A stretch of DNA of 63,290 bases, counting the filler, from Hausera hauseri (taxonomy: Eukaryota): assembly GCA_046269625.1 (NCBI GenBank). It is 12 parts of 12 records of this genome, joined end to end, with 100 filler letters (N's around TTAATTAATTAA, not from the genome) between each part and the next. Parts side by side here need not be neighbours in the genome. Positions count along the whole stretch, not along the records: positions 50,757 to 54,847 come from JBJURY010767763.1; positions 54,948 to 59,232 come from JBJURY010656441.1; positions 59,333 to 63,290 come from JBJURY010858078.1; 9 more parts are not named here. One strand, written 5' to 3'. Positions 51,910 to 63,290 of this stretch are shown piece after piece. The position numbers and the translations under genes are program-made. Each line of letters opens with the position of its first letter. Position 1 is the stretch's first letter. The notes beneath the pieces are model-generated. The model saw only the letters and a list, made by a program, of their open reading frames with translations. It was not told the DNA's origin and searched no databases.

Positions 51910-54790
51910 AAATTTTTCTGTTATTTTTTGGTCTTTTGTCGTGCCTATCTTAATTTTTAATTTTTTTAATTTTTTGAAATTACCAAAATATTTGATTTCG
52001 ACGATAAATTTTGAAGATTTTTCTGGTCTATTCTATTTTCATTTTTTTGCGTAATTTACTCAGATTTGGAGGTTTTCTATTTTTTTTGGTCTTTTGTTTC
52101 CCCTATCTTAATTTTGAATTTTTAAAATTTTTTCACCCGTTCTCTGCTTAACAACATTAGGTTTTTCCAAAAAAAAATTGAAATTTTCTGGTCTTTTCTA
52201 ATTTCAGTTTTTTTGCGTAAATTACTCAATTTTGAAGTTTTTCTAACATTTGTTGGTCTTTGGACTCGCCTATCTTAATTTAAAATTTTTTCAGTTTTTC
52301 AAATTTCGAAAATTTTTTTTTTTGACCAAAGATTTTGAAATTTCTCTGGTTTTTTCACTGAAAAATGTGAAATTTTCTGGTCTTTTCTAATATCAGTTTT
52401 TTTGCGGAATTTACTCTAATTTTCAGTTTTTCTATCATTTTTTAGTCTTTTGTCTTGCCTATCTTAATTTTAAATGTTTTCAATTTTTTTACCCGCTCCC
52501 CCTTTAACAAAATTTGGATTTTCCACAACAAATTTGAAATTTTTCTGGTCTTTTCCAATTTCAGTTTTTTTGCGTAATTTACTCTCATTTGAAGTTTTTC
52601 TATCATTTTTTGGTTTTGAACTTTTTCAGTTTTTCATATTTCGAAAATGTTTTTTCGACCAAAAATTTTGAAATTTTTCTGCTCTTTTCTAATTTGAGTA
52701 TTTTGCGAAACTTACACAGATTTGATGTTTTTCTATCATTTTTTGGTCTTTTGTCTTGCCTATCTTAATTTTGAATTTTTTCAATTTTTTGAAATGACGA
52801 AAATTTGTTTTTTCGAGTAAAAAATTTGAAATGATTCTGGTCTTTTCTAATTTAGGTTTTTTGCGTAATTTACTTACATTGAAGTTTTTCTATCATTTTT
52901 TGATCTTTTGCCTCGCCTGTATAAATTTTGAATTCTTTAAATTTTTTTACCCGCTCCCCCTTTTACAAAATTTTGTTTTTCCACTAAAAAATTTGAAATT
53001 TTTCTGCTCTTTTCTAATTTCAGTTTTTTCCTAATTTACTCACATTTGAAGTTTTTCTATCATTCTTTCGTCTTTTGTTTCGCCTATCTTAATTTTGAAT
53101 TTTGTCAGCTTTTCAAATTTGGAAAATTTTATTTTTTTCGAACCAAAAATTTTGAAATTTTTCTGGTATTTTCTAATTTCATTTTTTTGCGTAATTTACT
53201 CACGTTTGAAGTTCTTCTGTCATTTTTTGGTCTTGTGTCTCGCCTATCTTTATTTTGAATTTTTTCAATTTTTTGAAATTACGAAAATATTTGTTTTCGA
53301 CGAAAAATTTTGAAATTTTTTTGGACTTTTTCTTATTTATGTTTTTTGCGTATCTTACTTACTTTGAAGATTTTATAGCATTTTTTGGTCTTTTTTAAAA
53401 TTTTTAACACGCCCATCTTAATTTTGAATGTTTTCAATTTTTTTACCCGCTCCCCGTTAACAAAATTTGGTTTTTCCACTAAAAAATTTGAAATTTTTCT
53501 AGTCTTTTCTAATTTCAGTTTTTTTTTCGAAATTTACACAGATTTGAAATTTTTCTATCATTTTTTGGTCTTTTGTCTTGCCTATCTTAATTTTGAATTT
53601 TTTCATTTTTTTTACCTGCTACCATTAATAAAATTTGGTTTTTCCACTAAAAAATTTGAAATTTTTCTGGTCTTTTCTAATTTCAGGTTTTTGCGTACTT
53701 TACTCAGGTTTGAAGTTTTTAAATCATTTTTAGGTCTTTTATCTCGTCTATCTTAATTTTGAATTTTTTTCCCGCTTCCCCTAAATAAAATTTGGTTTTT
53801 GGACGAAACGTTTGTTTTTTAACGAAAAAAATTTGAAATGTTTCTGGTCGTTTCTAATTTTTTCAGTTTTTCAGATTTCGAAAATTCTGTTTTTTGACCA
53901 ACAATTTTTAAATTTTTCTGCTCTTTTCTAATTTCAGTATTTTGCGAAACTTACACAGATTTGATGTTTTTTTTATCATTTTTTGGTCTTTTGTCTTGCC
54001 TCTCTTAATTTTGAATTTTTTCAATTTTTTGAAATTACGAAAATATTTTTTTTCGAAGAAAAATTTTTATGGTTTTTATGGTCTATTTTATTTTCATTTC
54101 TTTTGCGTAATTTACTCAGATTTGGAGGTTTTCTATCATTTTTTGCTCTTTTCTCTCGTATATCTTAATTTTGAATTTTTTCATTTTTTGTACCCGCTCC
54201 CGTTAACAAAATTTGGTTTTTCCACTAAAAAATTTGAATTTTTTCTGGTCTTTTCTAATTTCAGTTTTTTGTGTACTTTACTCAGCTTTGAAGTTTTTCT
54301 ATCATTTTTTTTTCTTTTGTCTCGCCTATCTTAATTTTGAATTTTTTTTGTCCCGCTCCCCCTAAACAAAATTTGGTTTTTGGGCGAAGTAATTTGAAAT
54401 GTTTCTGGTCGTTTCTAATTTCGGTTTTTTGCGTAATTTACTCAGATTTGAAGTTTTTCTATCAGTTTTTGGTCTTTTGTCTCGAATATCGTAATTTTGA
54501 ATTTTGTTAATTTTTTTGGAATTTCGAAAATTTAGTTTTTCGACCAAAAATTTTGAAATTTTTCTGGTCTTTTCTAATTTCATTTTTTTTTTTTTTTTTT
54601 TTGCGTAATTTACTCAGATTTGAAGTTTTTTAAAATTATTTTTGCTCTTTTGTCTCCAGTATCTTAATTTTGAATTTTTACATTTTTTTGACCCGTTCCC
54701 CTTAACAAAATTTGTTTTTTCCACGAACAAATTTGAAATGTTTCTGGTCGTTTCTAATTTCAGCTTTTTGCGTTATTTACATAATTTTGA
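51910..54790 (+). repeat. T-rich ~160-bp satellite with two alternative sub-blocks
   Basis: CCTATCTTAATTTT recurs at mostly ~158-167 bp intervals, followed by either ACCCGCTCCCC..AACAAAATTTGG or GAAATTACGAAAA. Confidence 0.9.
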
Positions 54791-54947
54791 AGACTTTCTT
54801 GGGAATGGTTCACCAACTATTGGGGCTATCATTTTTTAATCTTGCACNNNNNNNNNNNNNNNNNNNNNNNNNNNNNNNNNNNNNNNNNNNNTTAATTAAT
54901 TAANNNNNNNNNNNNNNNNNNNNNNNNNNNNNNNNNNNNNNNNNNNN

Positions 54948-55386
54948 CAAACCCCTTCTGTGTTCTTTTCCGAATGCGTGAAAATCAATCAAGAAGCCTT
55001 CCGTGCGTGCATCCTTAAGTCAGTTCTATTTCCTCGGCCAGGGAGCACTTTGGCGAAGAAGATTGGATCTTTCAAAAAGACGGAACTCCGGCACACAGGT
55101 CCAGAAACACCCTGAGATGGATTACGGCCATTTTCCCAAATTTCATCTCTACTCAAGATTGGTCTTCCAACTCGTCTGATATCAACCCCATTGAATTTTA
55201 AATTAGGAGTATTCTGGAATCGAAGGCCTGCACCAAAACTCGCAAGTCACTTACCGATCTGAAGAGGTCACTGCAGTGAGAATGGGCCTCTCTTCGTTTG
55301 GTAACGGTGAACAAGGCGATCGACAATTTCCCAAAGAGGATGAAGCTGTTCATTGATGCCAGAGGCGGATATTTCGAGCAAAAATG
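54948..55386 (+). mobile_element. Tc1/mariner (maT/DD37D-like) transposase, C-terminal half
   Basis: WIFQKDGTPAH..DWSSNSSDINPIEF*IRSILESKAC. Confidence 0.8.
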
Positions 55387-55469
55387 ACTGTTCTGGACTC
55401 GAATTTGTTATTTATTTACATTTGTTATAAACGTTTACAAGTTAATAAATGAAAATATTTTGTTTGACC

Positions 55470-56112
55470 AAAACGGCTTCTCGATTTATTTTCACGCTTT
55501 CGGAAAAAAACACCAGAGGGATTTTGGCACCGCGTACGATTCCTCCCCAGACCTGTAACGCCTTTGGCTCTTGAGTCCTTTCGTTGGTTTTGCCTTGTAG
55601 AAGAGGTGTTGGAGTCCAAATCATGTCATTTTGGCAGTTGTAGTTTTGCTCAAAGGTGAAAATCTTCCCGTCCGAAAAAATGATTCTCTGATGGCGTCCA
55701 TTTGCGAATCGGCATTTTAGCCTTTTACATCTCGCGACTATTGTGGCCTTTATCTGGTCGGTGAGAAGCTGAGCTTCTTGTTCCTTGTACGCTTTGTGTT
55801 TAAGCTGCTTCTTGAGAATCTTTTGAACCGATGATCGAGCTATTCCAAGCTTCAGAGCCAGCTTTCTTTGCAAAGTGCCTGTTCTGGTGTACGGGTTCCG
55901 GTCGATAACTTTTTTAATCTTTCTGCGGCTGGCTGGAGTGTTCGCAGTGCCCGAGCGACCACTTCGAGGTCGGTCCTCATTACAGCCAGTCTCTTGAAAT
56001 CATTTGATGGTATGGCGAACTGTCAATTTGGGTGCATTGAGCATTTGCGAAATTTCTGACTTCTTACCGAATATAAAAATCGCTACTATTGCTTTTCGCT
56101 TGCCGCACATAT
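55470..56112 (-). mobile_element. Tc1/mariner (maT-like) transposase, N-terminal half
   Basis: EDRPRSGR, RKLALKLGIARSSVQKIL (HTH), IIFSDGKIF..QND..W, VWGGI. Confidence 0.82.
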
Positions 56113-57587
56113 GAAAAACTGAAAATAAAAATGAGACGTTAACAATATAATGAAACGGAAGTCAAGTGGAACAAACTAAAAAAAAATTAAATTTGACATA
56201 ATTTAAAGAAATTGTGACTGTTAACGAAAAACAGCAGTAAAGTGCTGTTCCTTGTGAATATTCAGACTATACGATATCGATAAGCATTACGATATACTCA
56301 ATTCAACTTTGAAACGATACTTTTAGTCGTTAAGAAATTTGGAAATTTCAATGAGTCCACAGAAAAATTTGGTAATTACTACATAAACGGTTCTCAAAGC
56401 ATTTCAAAAAACTTTTTAATTGATTTTTGTATTACTCTTAAGAAATAGCCATCTGGTAAAATTCCCAACTAGTGATATTGATTGTACTATAAAATATAAT
56501 AGGAAAACGAATTTGGGACACTTGTCATTTATTAAGCATCGTAGAATTGTCTAACCCGTCTGTTCGAATATAACGGTAATATTGTTAATAGAGAAATAAA
56601 TGACAAGGCAGTGCTTTATAGGCTTATTTCCACGTCATTACTGAAAGCAGTAATTAAATCATGTTTATTGAACAGGTTAGTTGAAAGCAGGTATTTTAAT
56701 ATCGGCAGTAGCGACAACTGTTTTTAATGACGGAAAATCATTCAATTATCATTAAAAGGAAAATCTGATGTAAATTTTCTAATACTGATCAGTAGTCTAA
56801 AGTTCCTGAAAGAAAATAAATAAATGAAAATAAAGTAAATACAAAACCTATTACCTGTGTCAATTCCTGAAAGTTCCTGAAAGAAAATAAACAATAACGC
56901 ATTAAAAATCCACTTACTTTAATGAATAGTCAAATAATTGACTGTGTGATTTGAATTCGTAAATTGACTTTGTGGAAATTTTGTTTTTTTAGTGTAATTA
57001 TTATTGTGTTGGTTGTACCAAATTTTACTATATATACTACCTGTAAAAGAGGTAGAGTCAGACAAAAACTTTTACTTGATATCTGCATAACGCTTGTATA
57101 TCCTTATTCAGTAAGTAAACTTGTTTTATCTTTGATTATCATATACATGTGCCATCTTAATTTCGTTATTTGATAATAATATTTATTAATTTCTATTTCG
57201 TTTGTTTTACATTCTCGGCGCCCGTAAATAAAGAGTAATTAAGTAAGACGTGGAATTCACTACCGTCCAGGTCGAACCAACCTGACGGAAACCTCTAAGT
57301 AATTTGAGTGTCAAATAAACATTAAGGTCAAGTAAAGGAAATAAGCCCCTCAGGCATTCACTATTGCCCAACATATCACCTATAAGTTAGAGCTAGGTAA
57401 GGTTCACATCTCTGTCACCTCCCACACAGATTCATACCGCTGACAATTACGTAACCTTGTTCGCTACACTAATTAGATTAACGTTATATTAATAAGACTC
57501 TCCCCACGTAAATTGGTGTAGATTGAACAATATACATATCAAAAGTGTTTACATCTCAAGTAGCTACTCCGGAATTTTGCGATTTAT

Positions 57588-58525
57588 ATGCTAATCATTC
57601 CATCCATGTCTGTTGTGGACTCTTATTCGGAGTGTCATATAGAATTCAATACGCAATTGGGAAAAAGACATGCCAAATTATATAGAACCTACTATTCATT
57701 CCCAGGCACCATATACTATTTTAACACACCAGTTTTACTTGTTAAATTCTATACCAAAGTTGTGAGAAACGGACCTTGCTTAACAGCAGAACCAGAACTT
57801 TCAGTATCGGAATACCGGACAGTGATATATCGAGTGCTTAATAAAACTAATGTCACAGAATGAAAATCAGATAATCAAAATCCTTGCTGATGCTGCCATA
57901 TACATTTTGACAAAGAATACACAATATGGTAATGGACCGGACGCGAAACAGGTGGCATATGGACATAGTCAAAAATTAGATGTAATGGAAAGGTCCCAAA
58001 AAGTAATAATGAGCACTTCAACCAAAACAGCAATAAAAACTTCAATGCCACCACTGAAAGTAGTCACAAGTTCACCAGCAGAAACCAATAAAATCGTTAA
58101 AGAACTGGACATAACAGTCCAGTCAGCGGTACATTCATTGATCGGATTTGAAAAGTACAAACGTTAAGTTCGAATGCTTCCATCACAACAAAATGGGGAG
58201 TGAAGGAGTACTAACGCTGGAGGAGCCAACGTCGGCCTGTATGTTTTTAAGGACTGACACAAACTATAAAATTGTGATCACCGAACTAGACTGGGATGGA
58301 CAAAGCCTACAGACGCTTATCCGGATGGGGAAAAGGTTGAAGCAAATGATTATTATAACAAAAATTGTAAAAACAACTACATCAACGAGTTCTAAAATCC
58401 TCGCGAGAAGGACATCTCAAGATAATCATCACTTTGAGGTTAAAACGCAAATTCGGCTGCTTACAGATATAACCATATGCCTATGTACTGTTAAGTCCTC
58501 ATTAATTACGTTGGGAGAGACTTAA
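57588..58525 (+). other. Unassigned broken ORF chain, possibly the internal region of an LTR element
   Basis: Three overlapping co-oriented ORFs. PBS-like TCGGCGCCCG at ~57215 follows ..TTACA. Confidence 0.3.
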
Positions 58526-59514
58526 ATTAACTATTAATTAATGGGGAGAACAAATTTACGTATACCTTTATTTAGGCGCAGTAAGTGGGTTTGTAGACAT
58601 ACCTTGATGGAAACTTACCAACCTATTAGTGAGTAATATGTAGGGAATGGTGTTTTATTTACCAATTATTTACTACGGTTTATTTACCTATATTCTTAGT
58701 TGAATTATATGGACGGTCGTCAGGTAGAGTTCACTTGGTTGACCAATATTACCAATTAGTTAGATTTACTTAGCTATTTAATTACTTATGAACCAACAAA
58801 TAACCAAACTGAAATGAATATTATTATTCAAAATAATAAAAATGATACGACTAACGAAAACGTGATTACAATCAAACACTTACGCGAAGTCATGATTTCG
58901 TATTCAACTTTTTCATTCTTGTGAAATATGAAATATCTCATACTTATATAATTGTCTGATTACAGACTTTGTTCCAGATAATTCATTATTTCATTAATAA
59001 AATTCATAGATCAACAGAATAAAATGCGTAATAAAACGATAATACCCCATAAAATGATTAAAATGCTACCTAATCATTATTAGTTCTCATAAATCTTAGT
59101 CCATGCATTACATAATAATTAAAGTAGGTAATATAAAAAAATTACAATGGTTCATTTAAAGTTCATTCAAAGTTCATAATCGTTCACAATAATTCAGAGT
59201 TCACAAATAAGTTCACAAATCGACGGGGATTCNNNNNNNNNNNNNNNNNNNNNNNNNNNNNNNNNNNNNNNNNNNNTTAATTAATTAANNNNNNNNNNNN
59301 NNNNNNNNNNNNNNNNNNNNNNNNNNNNNNNNTGCGTGATTACCATATTCATCCATTCAAGCGTATTTGCTCCACCAACGGTACCTCATTTAAAAGCAAA
59401 TTGATTTCAATACAATTCTGATATTTCATCCCATTTCCATCTGACAACGCTACACTTGATATATTGAGATTACACTTAATATTTACATGTGGGGGAAGTC
59501 TTCTCACAGATCCG

Positions 59515-59780
59515 CTAACTCCTCCAGTGCGACCACACTTTAAGCATTACATGGAGTACAGCCGAACAGAGTGTTTTGTAAGGGGTCGAGGATTGGAGCA
59601 GTTCGGAGATGTTACTGATCTGCTGCTTGACGTTAGCAGGCAGAAGAATTAAAAGACTGTTGGCTCGCATGAAAGAGTCAGTGATGTTGTTAGATTTTAG
59701 CAACTGTTGGTGGAATTGGAGCCATGGTTTATTGGAATTGTTTTTGTCAAGAAAAAAATCCACACAAGATAGATTTATTA
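59515..59780 (-). pseudogene. Gypsy gag N-terminal-like fragment
   Basis: KPWLQF..NNITD..LLPANVKQQISN..TPYKTLCSAVL. Confidence 0.5.
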
Positions 59781-60261
59781 AAGCTCGTGATTGCTGAGAG
59801 TTTGGTAAACGATAGATATTACATGTATTTGTAGATTTATCGTCCGAGAAAGATGGATTTGGGTCCGATCCACTCCAAAGGCGGAAGTGGAATGTGAGAT
59901 GGATGATTGGATATTGGTGACATGTGAACAGTAAAAGGGAGTCGGAATGATGTATAGTAACACCTTGATATGTGAAGTAGAAGTGGGAAGTATTAAAGAA
60001 GGAGGATAAGGAGTTGTATAAAAGCTGTGCTTTGTCGTTGAGTGGAGCTCTTATGGTTTTTATATGCTGGTTATTGCTGAAAACAAGAAAGGAAAATTGC
60101 TGTGAGGTAATATGAGGAAAAGGTTTGTGTACGCGGGTTCTTGGACGGTATTCGTTTGGGCTAGAGAGAGGTTTGAGCGTACCGCCCCGTGAGTAGTGGC
60201 AAAATGATCATACTGGTGGGCGCAAATCATCAAAAAGAATATCACCAACCTGTCTGAATGT

Positions 60262-61141
60262 CTATAATGGCAAGACGTCTGCCGGATTTTGACAAATCTG
60301 ACATGTTCTCTCAAATGGATTATCCTTATTGACGATGTCTGAGAATTCGCTGAGGTTCAGATACTCCAGTGGAGTGTGTGGCAGAAGAATAGTTGACGTG
60401 GACGAGTCTGAGGATTCGGTTGTTTCGGCTTTAATGACGACATCGGCTAGTGCGTCTGCTAGTCGGTCGGTGAGGTTGCTGAGACAGTTGTGAGCAGTTA
60501 ATTGCACCGAATGGGAATTGCTGATCATTAACTGCAGAAGGTGATTAATCATGGCCAACGATGGTCGTGGTGTGTCCAATGAATCATCAGTGTGGACTTG
60601 TCAAGAAAATTCGCAGTTATCGAGTGTTGATTGGACAGACGGATATACGCTCAGTGAATGCCACCAGATACTGTTGGAACAAGTCACAATAGGCCAATTT
60701 GCCTGACATGATAGTAAAATAGTCGCGTATCGGTGTGACAACAGAGTCATTGAAGAGGTTACCCCATTCTTCGACTACAGAAACAATGGTAACGGATGTC
60801 AATGTCACCGTAATACTGCAAATCAGTCGCAATAGCCAGCAACCATTGAGTAAATGGTCTAAACCGCTGTCGTTCGCTGTTTTCAGATAATTCATACAGT
60901 CGGCGAACTTCTCGCCTCTTACCAGGGCTACAACAAGACAGAGGATAAATTCCCATTGATCAGTAATCAGTTGAACTGATGAATCAACACCAATTTGCAG
61001 CAGCTCCGGCAACGATGCCAAAACGAACTCAGTTTCTGACAGTATTAAAAGGTTTGTGGAAACTGCCCGCAATGAGTCCATATGGGACTCGAACGAATAT
61101 TTGACTTCCATCATTAGCCACTTCAGTAACATGGATTTCAA
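60262..61141 (-). pseudogene. Unknown helical protein fragment, downstream of the Ig array
   Basis: Co-oriented ORFs of 174 and 105 aa with no recognisable motif. Confidence 0.35.
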
Positions 61142-61439
61142 GTTATCTTGTTCTTTCTAAACGGATTAAGGTCGAAAGACGAGTGAATATCAAAATAGTT
61201 GACATGTATAATTCTTTATTCTCGAAGAATCTATGGTATGGTATGTTCCCAAGTGTTAGTAACGAATGGACCATTTGGTATATGGTATATAACCGGAGTT
61301 TTATCATCACACAGATGAAATATCAGTTCAGCTATATTATTGTCAGGATCCTTTTTGAAGATATCGGTGAAACCTTTTTACAATATATTCAATATTTGTT
61401 GACACGTTGTCATTCTCCCATTTTGTAGTTAGTGGGACG

Positions 61440-63076
61440 TACTGTACAAATACATTACCTAGACAATCATCCCCTTTTGTATGAAATTTTTCAAGAGTTA
61501 TGGGTGTTTCTGTGCGTTCTACTAATCCATCAACTCTAGCGTTATCATGAAACAACAACTGTCGAAAGAAACTGGGTTTTTATTTATCCTATTTAAAATT
61601 AGTTGAAGACGCTCTTCTGACTTCCAGTAAAAATTCCACAGATTCCTCCATAACAACAGTCCTGTTAACTAAGCCTTTTGTGAATGCTGGAGGGAAACTA
61701 TCAACATCTGCCAGATTTAAGAAACAAGACTTAGACGACTGGCCTGCAAAGTTTGAAGCACAAGCCAAGTACCGCGATCGGATTCTTCGAAATTCTATAT
61801 GTATAAATGTGCGCATCCATTTTGAACCTTTTGCGTAACTCGTGAATTTAGATCGTTAATCGGAAAGCCGTTTCGATACCACTTTAAGTTAGGTATAGGA
61901 CTTCCAACCGCCGAACAGTAAAGTTGTACATCGGATCCAGTCATAAGCCTTTGGTCTTTCAATTATCTTGTAAATTCAGGAATGTGTGGAAGAAAATATC
62001 TAACCCCACCAACAGATTTTAGTTGTGTGGTTAGATCAGTAGACAAAATGTCTGTCTCAGTTACTACACTTCCCATAACGTTTGGTGCAATACACGATAC
62101 CGTTATTGTCATTGAATGACTTCGTATGTACGATCTATTGATTTTACATGTACACAGTCCGGAATTTTCGACGAAAGATGTTTGTAGGACATTTTCCGGC
62201 AATTGTCTACGATTTACAAACCATCTAACATCTGGTAAAGGATTTCCTTCAACACAAACGACCAGTGATAGATCTCTGTCTTTATCAAAAACGGTAACAG
62301 CGTTCAATGTTTCGGAAAATTGTGGTGTTACACAACAAGGATTTGGGCAAACTTCTGAAATTTCTACGTTTGCCGAACATGAGTCAGATACAAAACCATT
62401 AGACATGGTAAGTATATACAAACCAGCGTCTTCTATTGTGCAATTTTCAATTAACAGCTTGACATAGTTGTCATTTTTTATTTGAAAGTAATGAGTGGAA
62501 ATAAAATCGACTGTTTTTTTATTTATTTGCCAACAAATTTGAGGTGTAGGAATAACACAAATTTTAGTGCCCAAAGACATTTGCTTTCCGCTAAGTGTTA
62601 TAAAATTGAGGATTGGTAAAATGAAACGTGGTTCTTCACTTTCAATTTTTACTAATTCAGTCTTTTCGAAAATTATTCCACACTTTATGGTTGTATTTCG
62701 TACAAACACATTACAAGAATCAATTGTGTATCCTGCTTTATTGCAAACTTTAACTTAGTACGTTCCACTAGTCAAACTGTCGGCTGTTCTATTTGTCGAA
62801 ACACTGTAGCCATGAATGGACGACTGTATGTGATACGTTGACGAAACACGATCATGGATCTCTGTTACTGAATAACCAAATAATGTCATAAGTTGCATTT
62901 TCGCATACTGGATATTTACATTCTAATATGACACTAGTTCTTGAAACCACATAAATGTCATCTAGTTTTGAAAGAATCCAAGGTTTCCGTACGCTTGGTT
63001 TTAGATAAGCTTCATACACTTCATCGAATGACGTTTGTTTCTTAGACGATTCAAATCTTCCTTTATATTCTAACAA
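61440..63076 (-). pseudogene. Tandem I-set Ig domains (~5), titin/kettin-like muscle protein fragment
   Basis: PRFI..PTPQICW..EDAGLYIL..SN; PQFS..VEGNPLPDVRWF; PEFTR*..GSPIPNLKWYRNG; PAFTKGL. Contains stops and frameshifts. Confidence 0.8.
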
Positions 63077-63158
63077 ATGAGCAAATCGGTTGGTGAAGTC
63101 TTTTGATTCAAATTCGAAGTTTTTTGGTGACAGATCGGATATATATTTAATCCACAGA

Positions 63159-63290
63159 AGTAGGGGGAAAATGGCGGTTCTGGCCCACCCCCAGGGGGGT
63201 AATCAATAAATCGATTTTGCACATGTGCCGATCGATAGTGCACACTGTACATTATCGATCCATAAAGTACCTAACAACGGTGCCACTAGG
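63159..63290 (+). repeat. Repeat A terminus
   Basis: AGTAGGGGGAAAATGGCGG; reverse complement of ~290-423. Confidence 0.85.

Noticed and set aside
52474-54903. Phe-rich membrane-protein-like ORFs
   Set aside because: Translations of the T-rich satellite.

Overview
This window is not one locus. It is 12 short contigs of an AT-rich animal assembly joined by artificial N..TTAATTAATTAA..N linkers: 1-6559, 6660-11999, 12100-16138, 16239-21147, 21248-31205, 31306-36332, 36433-40721, 40822-46146, 46247-50656, 50757-54847, 54948-59232 and 59333-63290. An invertebrate-type Nav exon suggests the organism is an invertebrate. Adjacency across linkers means nothing. Most of the sequence is decayed mobile DNA: Polinton/Maverick elements (several lineages), Gypsy LTR elements, hATm, Chapaev3-like and maT/Tc1 transposons, a tRNA-SINE and satellites. 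Highlights: (1) a fully delimited 9.2-kb Polinton (AG..CT ends, CCAATA TSD) with capsid, protease, integrase and ATPase genes but no pPolB, whose right TIR copies the left arm starting mid-gene, suggesting a copy-back defective genome; (2) a decayed chuvirus-type/gB-like glycoprotein directly downstream of an unknown coiled-coil + ubiquitin-like + AT-hook reading frame; (3) a GC-rich vertebrate (fish-like) vangl1 exon on a contig otherwise made of this genome's repeats; (4) a 5.3-kb 42-bp array that looks like the relic of a gene with about 125 KAVQT repeats; (5) a circularly permuted single-LTR Gypsy contig. All family assignments come from motif recognition by eye; no searches were run.
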